A DNA stretch of 64,000 bases from the NCBI GenBank assembly GCA_009776725.1, contig WRNE01000004.1, positions 27,219 to 91,218 on the forward strand, written 5' to 3'. This document shows, one piece after another, positions 9,315 through 18,809 of this stretch (its first letter is position 1; every line of letters starts with the position of its first letter). A model generated the notes under the pieces. The model was given only the letters and a program-made list of their open reading frames with translations, was not told the DNA's origin and did no database searches. Both the position numbers and the translations under genes were made by a program. Source of the stretch: Coriobacteriia bacterium. Lineage in GTDB: Bacteria > Actinomycetota > Coriobacteriia > Coriobacteriales > UBA8131.

Positions 9315-10753
9315 ATTTTAATAACGACAATAGAATTGGCTTAATTTCATAAGGTGTTTCTGTGTTGTACATAAATCGTGATATCTGTTTTTCAGTTATT
9401 AGCAATTACATCAAGAGTGTATATTTTGTTTTGATTTTTGTGTACTTTTTATAAGCTTAACGACAGCTCACTAGCTGGCTGTAATCATCTCCTCTGCCTC
9501 CATCTCTAACGTCCTTGATCAACAGGTACCTCCTTTGGCTCTAATTACTTTCAGCTACATGCCTGCATCTTTCTTCGACAAGCATCAGCATTGAATCACT
9601 ATCAGATAACGCACCGATTGCCTTGGCACGCTGCTTGAACTTCTAGTATCGCCTCTCAAACATGTAATTTGTACAGGTCCTAATTCAGTACGAAAACAAT
9701 AACCGACTGTCCATGTGGACAAGCATTACCACAACACTTGACTCAGCTGCTTTTTCAGCTGCATGTAGCCCCATAGGCTCTCTCTGAGCTGTTGTTTAAG
9801 CTGCTTTTGCGAGCGCTTATTCATTTTACTCCAGTACATATATTGCTTTAGCATTTTAGCTACCTGCTTTCCTATCAAGGCGGGTGTTTGGCAAAGATGT
9901 TCCTATAGAAACGAGGCATTCAATGCTAGTATCTAGCTTCATGAAAGAACTTCTCGTTCACAACGAGCATATCTCGTATCTTATTGTAGAAAAAGCTCGA
10001 ATCTTGAAAGCTCGAGATCTTCCAAGTCCCTAAATGACTCTTTACATGAATCCTTGTCTTCGAGAAAGCCTGTTGAGCCAAGCTTGACATTGTTTAGCTA
10101 ATAATCCTGTGTCAAAGGCATACCTTTGATATTTAACGTCCTTTTGGTAAACATACTGGAAAGGCACTATCTTTATAAGTTACTTTATATTGACTCTATA
10201 AGTGGTGGTATTGTTCGATGATCTCTGTCATAAAGGCTGTCCCTGTAAGCTTGGTTATTCCCAGTCCGACACTATTCGCTTTAGGTATAACAGAGTTGTT
10301 GCGGTTTTCTTTCCCGCTCTTTTCCGCTAATAGTGTCCTGTACCCAAAGCCAAGTCAACTACAGTCAAGCTATGTGTTTAAAGGTCTCTTCCACAGTTTG
10401 ATGCACGAGTCCTGACAGCTCTAGCTTTATTACAGCATATTCAAACTGTATGAGTCTTTTCAATCACAGTCTTTTCAAACATAGTCTTCCTATTTTTTGT
10501 TCATTTGTTTCAGGTTAAAAACTATTGTAACCTGTAAAAGCAGTATTCTTAGCTATTTCTATGATAAAGATTGTTTAAATGCAAAAAATTCATAACACTA
10601 TCTCCATATACCGCTCTGAGGTTATACAAACAGAACGTTTATGAATTTTTTAAACTCAATCAACAAAAAATCCTGGATTTATGGTTTGCTGAGCGAACTA
10701 ATCAATTCCTTCTATGATTGTTTTATAAGTATTGGATTTTATAGATTGTGTTT
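9315..10753. other. ORF-free 1.45-kb stretch, possibly a decayed coding remnant
   Basis: Only one ORF of 60 aa or more (65 aa) in six frames. Minus-strand reading gives protein-like runs of 20-40 codons broken by stops and frame changes (e.g. ...NSVGLGITKLTGTAFMTEIIEQYHHL*). No family could be assigned by eye. Confidence 0.3.
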
Positions 10754-10769
10754 TATTTCACGTGAAAAG
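10754..10769. other. second parS-like site (TATTTCACGTGAAAAG)
   Basis: Same 12-nt palindromic core TTTCACGTGAAA and the same right flank (AAG) as the first site. It lies just downstream of the rsmG stop. Confidence 0.6.
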
Positions 10770-10781
10770 TTATATCAATTT

Positions 10782-11543
10782 CTACTTTAGAGGTTTATTT
10801 TGGGCACTACCTATCTTCCTTGGCAATTTTATATAAGCAGTAGAAATCTTCTTGAAAACAATGATTGTCCTTGGCACCAAAACTTTTGGTATAACGTATT
10901 CACTTATACTCTCTACCACATAACCTAGTTTTTCTTTCATTTTTAAAGCATCTTCATACTCTTTATGATAGTTTGGTCCTTTATAAGCAATTATGAGTCC
11001 GTTGTTCTGAAGCAAAGGACTAGCTAATTCCATTAGTGATACAAGCGATCCTACCGCTCTGACACAAACAGCAGTATATTCATTTGGTCTTTTTAATGAT
11101 TCCTCTTCAGCTCTTACGGCTTTTATTTTCATTCTGTTTGCTAATCCTAACCCACTGACAATTCTCTTTAAAGCTTCAGCTTTCTTTTTTGATGAATCTA
11201 TTAATACACTATGGCGGTTAGAGAACAAGGTTAAGGGGATTCCTGGAAACCCTGCTCCGCTTCCAAGGTCAATAAAATTCCCATCACTCGAACTAAGCAA
11301 AGCATCAACTCCTAATAGTGAATCATATAAATGCAAATAAACAGCTTTGTCAAAATCAAGTATATTTGTGATATTTACTTTTTGATTTTCAACAAGCATT
11401 AGGTCTATGTGCTTAAAAAGAAGACACAATGATTCAGTTGAGTACCCCTGAAACCCCTCAAATGCATCTTTATACTCATTGATTTCATTCTCATATGTAG
11501 TTCTGCCAAATTGGCTTGAATAGTTGCTTTTTGTCATAAACAA
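10782..11543 (-). CDS. rsmG: 16S rRNA (guanine527-N7)-methyltransferase RsmG/GidB
   Basis: 253 aa. DLGSGAGFPGIPL SAM motif and conserved position between jag and parA. Confidence 0.88.
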   Translation of the reverse strand: MFMTKSNYSSQFGRTTYENEINEYKDAFEGFQGYSTESLCLLFKHIDLMLVENQKVNITNILDFDKAVYLHLYDSLLGVDALLSSSDGNFIDLGSGAGFPGIPLTLFSNRHSVLIDSSKKKAEALKRIVSGLGLANRMKIKAVRAEEESLKRPNEYTAVCVRAVGSLVSLMELASPLLQNNGLIIAYKGPNYHKEYEDALKMKEKLGYVVESISEYVIPKVLVPRTIIVFKKISTAYIKLPRKIGSAQNKPLK

Positions 11544-11623
11544 GCTCCTTTCATAAATGGACCGAAAGGAGCTTGATAGTTAGTGTCTTTTTTAATAGAC
11601 TGACTTTAAAATCTATTTCTTTC

Positions 11624-12331
11624 TTACACAAGACAAATCACTACCTGTCTATTTGGGTCTAAACCTTCGGATTCTGTTCTCACTCGACGGTCATCTTTTA
11701 ATGCCATATGAACTACTCTTCTTTCATATGGGCTCATCGGTCTTAAACGAACACTTCTTTTTAGTCGAATCGCTCTTGCAGCAGATGATTTTGCTAGTGA
11801 TATTAATTTCTGTTTGCGCCTGTTCGCATAGCCTTCAATGTCAACAACTATGGGATAGTGATAACCAATACGACGGCTCACAATAGCGCTTACGAGTAAT
11901 TGCATTGCCTCCAAGGTCCGACCATGTCTACCAATCAACATACCAAGGTTTTCTCCAACAACATCAAAGATGAGTTCTCTTTCTTCTCCTTCATATTCTT
12001 CTATTTCAGTATCTTCAGCATTAAAGTAGAACAAAACTGTTCTCATTACTTCTATTACTGCATCAGCAATCTCATCTAACTCATCCTCGGACAGATCTAG
12101 TTCACGACTGTTGAACTGACTTGACTCATTTTCATCAGAGTCTATCTCAGCTTCTGCAGCATCAATTGAAATGTTGCTTGTGTTGTTAGCTTCAGTATTT
12201 TCACTATAGATTGAACTCATATCATTGCCTAATGATTGATTGTTAGAATTTGTCTTATCTGTTGTTGTTAGTTTTTCTTCAGTCACATCATTTGACTCTG
12301 TGATATCAGACTCTCTGTCAAAAGTATCCAT
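11624..12331 (-). CDS. jag: Jag/KhpB RNA-binding protein (KH + R3H domains) with acidic N-terminal region
   Basis: 235 aa. LIGRHGRTLEAMQLL (KH) and RRVVHMAL...ESEG (R3H). Follows yidC, as is typical. Confidence 0.85.
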   Translation of the reverse strand: MDTFDRESDITESNDVTEEKLTTTDKTNSNNQSLGNDMSSIYSENTEANNTSNISIDAAEAEIDSDENESSQFNSRELDLSEDELDEIADAVIEVMRTVLFYFNAEDTEIEEYEGEERELIFDVVGENLGMLIGRHGRTLEAMQLLVSAIVSRRIGYHYPIVVDIEGYANRRKQKLISLAKSSAARAIRLKRSVRLRPMSPYERRVVHMALKDDRRVRTESEGLDPNRQVVICLV

Positions 12332-12377
12332 CTTTGCTCCATTTCAATTAGTATTATCTATTAATAGCTATAATATA

Positions 12378-13169
12378 TTACTTCGTCTTTCTTGGACGAT
12401 TTTTACGCTCTTTTCGTTCAACATCAACTTTTACAGGTTTGATCTCTATTAGCTCTTCTTCTTCGTTTTGTTCTTTTCGTTGGTTAATCATTTTAACGAT
12501 TGCCTGCTGGACAGAGCCAATAATTGAGGATGTGTCCCAATAAAGAAGCACTCCAGCAGGTGTGTTCCAGCCAAAAGACAACATCATTATTGACATAAAA
12601 CCAGTGATCAATAACGTGTTCTTATCAGTATTTGGATTTAGCAACATTGGAATCAACATTGACACGCCAAAAAGCAGCAACATGATTAAATAGGGGAGTG
12701 AAGTTATGAAACCTTCAGGCGTAAATGTAAAAATAGCTTTAGCTGATACTGAAAGGTCAGGAATGATATTGAATAAGCTTGCAGGTAACACCTCGTCAGC
12801 ATGACCAGCCTTTATTATCAAGCTCTCAAGCTCCCTGAGCACTTGAAAAAGAGCTGCAAATATCGGCATCTGTAAAAGCATCGGCAGACAGCCTGACAAA
12901 GGATTGTACTTCGCCTCTGAATACAGCTTCATCATCTCTTCGTTTTGACGGACTTTGTCGTCAGCATACTTTTCTTGTATTGCCTTCATAGCAGGCTGTA
13001 GTTTCTGCATTTTAAACTGTGAATTACTTTGTCTGATCGTGATCGGAAGAATCAGCATGCGAAATATTATTGTTATCAATATAATGGCAACGCCCCAATC
13101 ACCACATAACCTGAACAATAAATCTATAACTAGGTAGATCGCTTCTTTAAAATATGTCCAAAAACCCAA
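12378..13169 (-). CDS. yidC: membrane protein insertase YidC (short Gram-positive type)
   Basis: 263 aa. Multi-TM; PLSGCLPMLLQMPIFAALF motif; basic C-terminal tail. Confidence 0.9.
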   Translation of the reverse strand: MGFWTYFKEAIYLVIDLLFRLCGDWGVAIILITIIFRMLILPITIRQSNSQFKMQKLQPAMKAIQEKYADDKVRQNEEMMKLYSEAKYNPLSGCLPMLLQMPIFAALFQVLRELESLIIKAGHADEVLPASLFNIIPDLSVSAKAIFTFTPEGFITSLPYLIMLLLFGVSMLIPMLLNPNTDKNTLLITGFMSIMMLSFGWNTPAGVLLYWDTSSIIGSVQQAIVKMINQRKEQNEEEELIEIKPVKVDVERKERKNRPRKTK

Positions 13170-13191
13170 GGTTCCTCCAGTCGATCGATCA

Positions 13192-13434
13192 TTATTCTAC
13201 CGGATCGAAACCACCAGGATGCCAAGGGTGGCATTTCAAAATTCGCTTTACAGACATCCAGCCCCCTTTAATTGCTCCATATTGCTTGATAGCTGTTAGG
13301 GCGTACTCAGAACAAGTGGGCATGAACCTGCATGTTGGTGGCTTTATCGGCGATATAAACTTTCTGTACATGTTAATACAAGCAATAGCAAAGTATTTAG
13401 GAAGAGCTGTCAGATGTTCTTTAATTTGTGCCAT
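13192..13434 (-). CDS. yidD: membrane protein insertion efficiency factor YidD
   Basis: 80 aa. [19 protein letters not shown]...KRILKCHPW. Confidence 0.9.
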   Translation of the reverse strand: MAQIKEHLTALPKYFAIACINMYRKFISPIKPPTCRFMPTCSEYALTAIKQYGAIKGGWMSVKRILKCHPWHPGGFDPVE

Positions 13435-13508
13435 TATTGCTTACTCTTTTTTACTAAGTCACATGCTACCAGCTTGAAACATATTCTTTCTCTTAACGAA
13501 GAGCGCTA

Positions 13509-13844
13509 CTACAATAAATGGTATTGCTGTAGTGAGTTGTTAATACTGTTTCGGATCGACTCTACACTCGAGCTCATGAGCTCTTCGCGGGCTATCAGAA
13601 CGACTCTAAGGCCTTCCCAAGGCGCTCCTGCTAGCTTTGCTGCTTCACGTAATAATCTTTTTGCTCGGTTCCTTTGGGGTGCATTTCCTAGTCGTTTGCC
13701 CGCAATAAAAGCAACGCGACCTTGATAGTCGCGTTCTGGCTTCTCGTCAGCTATTAAGACAATCAGGTTTTTATGGACACTGCGTCTTGCTTCTTGAAAA
13801 AGATCATTAATCTCAACGTTTGATGTAATTGTCTGTCTCAACAA
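13509..13844 (-). CDS. rnpA: ribonuclease P protein component
   Basis: 111 aa. GKRLGNAPQRNRAKRLLREA (RNR motif). Located downstream of rpmH. Confidence 0.9.
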   Translation of the reverse strand: MLRQTITSNVEINDLFQEARRSVHKNLIVLIADEKPERDYQGRVAFIAGKRLGNAPQRNRAKRLLREAAKLAGAPWEGLRVVLIAREELMSSSVESIRNSINNSLQQYHLL

Positions 13845-13858
13845 AACCTACTTGCCTA

Positions 13859-14008
13859 TTAGCTGTCAGAAACCGTTAATCGTTTGCGTCCTTTCGCACG
13901 TCTAGCAGCTAAAACAGCTCGGCCTCCTTTGGAGGACATACGTATCCTAAACCCATGGCTTTTAGCCCTTTTCCGTTTATTTGGTTGATAGGTTCTCTTC
14001 ATTTTCAT
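13859..14008 (-). CDS. rpmH: 50S ribosomal protein L34
   Basis: Too short for the ORF track. Hand translation gives [49 protein letters not shown]. The start may be the second ATG at 14002. Confidence 0.92.
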   Translation of the reverse strand: MKMKRTYQPNKRKRAKSHGFRIRMSSKGGRAVLAARRAKGRKRLTVSDS

Positions 14009-14440
14009 AATCTTTCTTTTAAAGCTTGTGTTTAAGCTACTAATATGTGGATTTACGGTTGCTTATTCATAGAGATTTATAGCGAAAAGAGATTATAAAT
14101 CTGGTCACATGGACTGTCAAATTTACGCGTTGCCTCGTAATTAATGTACTCCTAGGGCTTTCGTTGCCTCAAAACAGGAATGTACACGAAAACCGTCTCT
14201 ACCCGATGGAAGGGAAGAGACGATATGCCGTTGATTATGTCAGAAAAACGATCGGTCACCAACGAGATATACAAAGAATACCGTGCTGTTTGTCAAAGAA
14301 AGGCAGCATGTCCTCGACGACAGTCATTAACACAGGTGTTTTGGCGGCGCTAACTATACATGTCTACTTGGGTATACGTCTAGCTTATGTAGGGTTGTTG
14401 GCTTTATTCTTTCCAATGCGGATAAATAAAACAAGGGGTC

Positions 14441-14465
14441 AAACCCTAGAGATATACTAGGGTTT
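14441..14465 (-). terminator. possible intrinsic terminator downstream of the GNAT gene
   Basis: 9-bp stem AAACCCTAG/CTAGGGTTT with a 7-nt loop. On the minus strand a T-rich run (CCTTGTTTTATTTAT) follows after a short gap. Confidence 0.35.
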
Positions 14466-14545
14466 ACAGAGTCGTTGGAATAGGAAGTTGATTCTTAATT
14501 AGGATAAAAGCTCAACGGCTGGTCTTAAGTCGTGTTTGTATGCAC

Positions 14546-15142
14546 TCAGCCAAGCTCCTTACGCATCACCACGATCTCATCCATCTTGGTTGGGCTGGTT
14601 TTAATAAAACCAGCTTTCTCATACATCTGGAGCGGGCCGGGATAATCCCATTCGAAACGCTCACTCCTTGCGACGGGAAAACCGACCACAGCCTTAAACC
14701 CCTCGGTTTTCGCATCGTTGATGACCCGGTCTAATAGAGCGCTGGCGATGCCCATACGTCGGTATTCAGGAGCGATCTCGAAACATATCACTGCTTTCTC
14801 ACGATTTGCTGCTGGCGCATGGAAAGGCATGTCAAATGCCGGCTCTTCAGGGTAGTTCGCCCTATCGTTAGCATTGCACCAACCGACCGACATCCCATTG
14901 GCGTAAGCCAGATACCCTCGCAAGGCTCCGTCCTGTATCTGTTGTTCGGCAACTTTGCGAGCGATTTGTCCAGGATCGAGCCCTATCACGTCTTCGGAGG
15001 CAGCCTGAAGCTGTTCTTTGGTCATCTGATAGACCTGGCAATAGCAACGGTAAGGTGATTCGTCTGTGAACGCCCGTTGCTCGAAGAAATCGAAATAGTC
15101 TTTTGCGAGTTCCGGGCTGAGTGGCTTGATTGTGATATCCAT
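14546..15142 (-). CDS. GNAT family N-acetyltransferase
   Basis: 198 aa. Acetyl-CoA-binding-type segment EYRRMGIASALLDRVINDAKTEGF. Confidence 0.8.
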   Translation of the reverse strand: MDITIKPLSPELAKDYFDFFEQRAFTDESPYRCYCQVYQMTKEQLQAASEDVIGLDPGQIARKVAEQQIQDGALRGYLAYANGMSVGWCNANDRANYPEEPAFDMPFHAPAANREKAVICFEIAPEYRRMGIASALLDRVINDAKTEGFKAVVGFPVARSERFEWDYPGPLQMYEKAGFIKTSPTKMDEIVVMRKELG

Positions 15143-15559
15143 GCATACCTCCTAAGTATCTGCACTTTGCCGCCATCTATTTGGAAATAATAATACATAG
15201 CTTTATGGTCACTGGTTCTATGCACCTCCTTTTAAGGAATGATCTCCTGGTGCTTTCGTTTCTTCATAGTATGCTTTTCGCTGATAATTCTTTCGTATTG
15301 TATTTTGATATCGATGTGCAAGCCTTTGTCACAATTCTTCATTTGGAGTTTTTATTACTTCGAGTATTAACGCGACATATATATCCTTTATTCGATATCA
15401 ATTTTTGATTTTTATTAAACCCCTAATCTGATGTGCTGCTTTGTTGGAGATGACATGGTTTGCCGATATTTTTGTGATCGTATCCTCTTTCTTTCAGTAA
15501 ATTCTAAGTTAAATTTTAGAGAATTATCGATACTATACTGCTTATATTTCATCTGAAAT

Positions 15560-16120
15560 ACGTTGCCATTCTGTAAGAATGTTTTTCACAGTCTGTGAAA
15601 AACATTATCTATCAAGGATACCTGCTTGTTGTCTTGTGAGAAACCGTTTAAATGCCTTGACTTCACTCCTTGACACACATATGGAAATCGCTATCTTTTT
15701 CTATGCACAGTTTTTGTAAGTATTTTTTGTTTGTTTACCTGCAGTTTTATCACGTACCTTGACAGTAGAATCCATAATATTGATTTTATGTTTAAAACAG
15801 CATTGGCGTCTTGGGCTATTCACAGCGTTTCAAAGTTTTATTTATTTTTCATCTTTGTTTTTCGCAATTTCCTTACCCGATTTCATTTTTTCACATATTT
15901 CACTAATTTTTCACAGGTTTTATTTTTATTTTCATTTTTTATTTTTGTTGCAGCTTATCCGGTGTGTCTAATTTTCAGCATATTGCAATATATTTCAAGC
16001 TACGGTTTTATTCTGCTAAAATGATTGAGCGTTGCGGTATGGATATTTCACAATTTTACTAAAATTGTGAAAAACTTACCTGTTTTTCTGATTAGTAGGC
16101 AATCTTTTTCACGAAAGGCT
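15560..16120. other. predicted oriC DnaA-box cluster with AT-rich unwinding candidate
   Basis: Repeated TTTTCACA/TGTGAAAA boxes at 15583..15590, 15594..15601, 15888..15895, 15908..15915, 16045..16052, 16066..16073 and 16107..16114. Two pairs are palindromic (GTTTTTCACAGTCTGTGAAAAAC; TTTCACAATTTTACTAAAATTGTGAAA). The T-rich tract 15915..15950 is a DUE candidate. The cluster lies directly upstream of the dnaA side. Confidence 0.7.
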
Positions 16121-17101
16121 ATGTTACAAATGAGCCTTGACTTGAACGCAACAGAGTTTTTTTCAGAGCCTTTACTTGAACCGAACAGTACGTCCGACTC
16201 ATTACAAAGCGAAACAAATTCTGATACAGGATATATAGATCAAACTAGGGCAGAAATAAATGATCCTGCTGGGCCTTATGTCTCAACGATAGCCCGGATT
16301 GCTATTTATGACGACATGCTGTCTTCACCGCGAATAATTGATATTGAACCTGCCCCATTGCTCCGGTTCATCGAGAACATAGCATCAGAGACATATGACA
16401 AGGCTAGACAACTTGGGGGTCGTCTTCCTTATTCAACGATACGTGAGATAGCAGAGAACTTCATACATGCTGATTTTAAAGAATGCACAGTATCAGTTCT
16501 GGACAATGGCGATACCATTCGTTTCTCAGATCGAGGGCCAGGCATTGAAAAGAAACTATTAGTTCAGCAACCTGGTGTTACTTCAGCAAGCGAACAAATG
16601 CGGCACTATATAAAAGGAGTTGGCTCTGGTTTTCCTCTAGTCAGGGAGTATTTAGAGATTAACCATGGGAGCCTGCGTATTGATGACAATGCAGTCGAAG
16701 GAGTGGTAATAACACTTTCGCTAGTATCATCTAATAGTACTAACACAGTAAGTTCTACACAATCAGCACAGGGTCGTGAGCCGGCCAGCTTGTTTTCCTC
16801 AAGCTCGATAGACACTTCACAAGCCTCAAGCAGAGAAGAGCTGCCTATATACCCGCAACAGCCAGTCCAGCCATTAGCAAACATGGTTGATCCTCGTACA
16901 CAAGCAGCTTTAGAAGTAATCGCCAGTCTAGGTGCTGCTGGCCCAACAGACCTTGTCGTCCCTTTGGGCATAAGTGCAGCTACTGGCACACGGCTGCTGG
17001 ACAAGCTGGAAACAGCAGGATTGATTGAAAAAGCATCAAATCGAAAACGGATTCTATCAAACAATGGCCTTGTCTATTTGCAAAGGCTAATTGGAGGCTA
17101 G
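16121..17101 (+). CDS. GHKL (HATPase_c-like) ATPase fused to a C-terminal winged-helix (MarR-like) domain
   Basis: The track ORF starts at 16025 inside the DnaA boxes; ATG 16121 after GAAAGG is more plausible. N-box EIAENFIHA, G1 DNGDTIRFSDRGPGI, G2 KGVGSGFPLV. The C-terminus LGISAATGTRLLDKLETAGLIEK is wHTH-like. No DHp/His-kinase dimerisation helix was recognised. Confidence 0.6.
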   Translation: MLQMSLDLNATEFFSEPLLEPNSTSDSLQSETNSDTGYIDQTRAEINDPAGPYVSTIARIAIYDDMLSSPRIIDIEPAPLLRFIENIASETYDKARQLGGRLPYSTIREIAENFIHADFKECTVSVLDNGDTIRFSDRGPGIEKKLLVQQPGVTSASEQMRHYIKGVGSGFPLVREYLEINHGSLRIDDNAVEGVVITLSLVSSNSTNTVSSTQSAQGREPASLFSSSSIDTSQASSREELPIYPQQPVQPLANMVDPRTQAALEVIASLGAAGPTDLVVPLGISAATGTRLLDKLETAGLIEKASNRKRILSNNGLVYLQRLIGG

Positions 17102-17137
17102 GGGGTGATAACTACATAGAGGAGAGGGAAGGAAAAA

Positions 17138-18760
17138 GTGAATGTAGATAAAGCGACACAATTATGGCACGATACGACAGTGCTGCTCTTTCGTGAGTCA
17201 GGACGCAACCAGTCTTCAATGAACGCTTTGTTCTCGTCGGTAAGGCCTATTGACATTAATGAGGACGAATTGGTTCTTAGTACCCCGAACCTTTATACCA
17301 AACATTGGATCGAACGACAGCTGATCGGTGATATCCAAAAGGCGATTATGCTTGTAACTGGCAAACGGTACGGTTTTAAGATTGTTGTAGACGAGTCTGT
17401 TGGCTTGTATCCTCAGCTAAATGACAGTAATGGCATTTTTCCATCTTTTTCAACCATTGAGCCAAACGAAGACAACGAATGGCTAAGTTCAGCGGCTCAA
17501 CAAGGACCGCAAAACCCCGCCTTCGTAAACACTGCAAACAAATACAGCGAGGAGAGTGTTTCTCCTTATCAAGATAACCCGTCAAACTCTCTAGGCTATG
17601 AGCTGAACTCATTTTCGCCCATACCCTCAAATGATACACTGCTCCCAACATATGCTCAGTATACCGAGTTCCCTCCCAAGGACGTCCCACTTGACACAAC
17701 AATCCTCCCCATAGCCGACCAACGTATGACTTTTGAGTCGTTTGTTATTGACGATGCAGCAAACCAGCTTGCATTTTCTACCTCAGTGCTTGTTGCCAAG
17801 TCACCAGGCTACGTAATCAACCCGCTTTTCATATATGGTCGCTCAGGCCTTGGTAAAACGCATCTTTTATTATCGATCCGGCATTATTTAGAGCATCATC
17901 GTCCCGACCTTAATGTTGTTTATGCGCAAACAAATGAAATGCTGGCTGAATACTCATTTGCTGCTACACAGGGAAGTTTCAGAGACTTTGATTTGAAATA
18001 CAAGACAGCTGATGTGTTTTTGCTTGATGATGTACAGCGTCTTGAAAACCGTCCGGGCACTGTCAATATAGTATTTGACATTTTTAACCAGATGAAAGAC
18101 GAGAACAAGCAAATCGTCCTAAGCTCTGACAGGCCTCCTTTAGAGATAAATCTCGAAGAGAGGTTCTTGAGCCGCTTTAGCAGCGGGGTGATCGCTGATG
18201 TCCAGCCTTTATCAGCAGAAACCAAGCTCACTATCGTCAGTAACTATCTCCCATATTGCTGCCGTCGCTTAGACTGCGAAAGTGTCTTGGCTTTAATTGG
18301 CAATGATGTTATTGAGCACATTGTCTCGCTTTCAGGCAGTAATATAAGGGAGCTGGAAGGGGCATTGAACAACCTGGTAATTACCTTAAAACATGATAAA
18401 GCGCGGTTTTTACCAATAACCCCTAGCGAAGCCGAGGAAATCGTCTCAAACCACTTCCGCCATTTAACAGTTCGGGATATTGATATCAGTGCAATCCAAC
18501 AAGCAGTTGAAAAGTACTTTAATGTGCGCCATGAGGATATTTTGAGCTCTAGAAGATCCCATGAGATATCATATCCTAGACAAGTCGCTATGTACTTATG
18601 TAGGAATATGACAAACGCCTCATTGCCGCAAATCTCTAAAGCATTTAATAAAGACCATACAGCTGTGATGTACGCGTGTAATAATATAGAAAAGAAACGT
18701 CAGCTATCGTCTAGTGTTGACAGTGAAGTAAAACATCTTGTCGATGTGCTGACTGGTTAA
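17138..18760 (+). CDS. dnaA: chromosomal replication initiator DnaA (long domain II linker)
   Basis: 540 aa. GTG start after GGAGAGGGAAGGAAAAA. Walker A GRSGLGKTHLL, FLLDDVQ, NIRELEGAL, C-terminal DnaA signature KAFNKDHTAVMYA. Confidence 0.95.
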   Translation: MNVDKATQLWHDTTVLLFRESGRNQSSMNALFSSVRPIDINEDELVLSTPNLYTKHWIERQLIGDIQKAIMLVTGKRYGFKIVVDESVGLYPQLNDSNGIFPSFSTIEPNEDNEWLSSAAQQGPQNPAFVNTANKYSEESVSPYQDNPSNSLGYELNSFSPIPSNDTLLPTYAQYTEFPPKDVPLDTTILPIADQRMTFESFVIDDAANQLAFSTSVLVAKSPGYVINPLFIYGRSGLGKTHLLLSIRHYLEHHRPDLNVVYAQTNEMLAEYSFAATQGSFRDFDLKYKTADVFLLDDVQRLENRPGTVNIVFDIFNQMKDENKQIVLSSDRPPLEINLEERFLSRFSSGVIADVQPLSAETKLTIVSNYLPYCCRRLDCESVLALIGNDVIEHIVSLSGSNIRELEGALNNLVITLKHDKARFLPITPSEAEEIVSNHFRHLTVRDIDISAIQQAVEKYFNVRHEDILSSRRSHEISYPRQVAMYLCRNMTNASLPQISKAFNKDHTAVMYACNNIEKKRQLSSSVDSEVKHLVDVLTG

Positions 18761-18809
18761 CTGGAAGTAAGTTTGTAACTCATAGCATCAAAGATGTTAT
18801 GTGAAGAAA

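Noticed and set aside
10218-10415. A 65-aa ORF inside the parA-rsmG spacer.
   Set aside because: It is isolated, has no RBS and lies in a region otherwise full of stops. It is more likely chance or part of a decayed gene on the other strand.
14164-14460. A 98-aa plus-strand ORF, and a 47-codon ATG ORF after GGAAGGGAAGAGA, in the rpmH-GNAT spacer.
   Set aside because: There is no family resemblance and the starts are doubtful. The small ORF cannot be excluded, but the sequence alone does not support it.
15181-16024. F/L/I-rich ORFs in the AT-rich region (15181..15408, 15731..16024, 15759..15971).
   Set aside because: Their composition-driven translations come from T-rich origin DNA that holds the DnaA-box cluster. 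They are not credible proteins.
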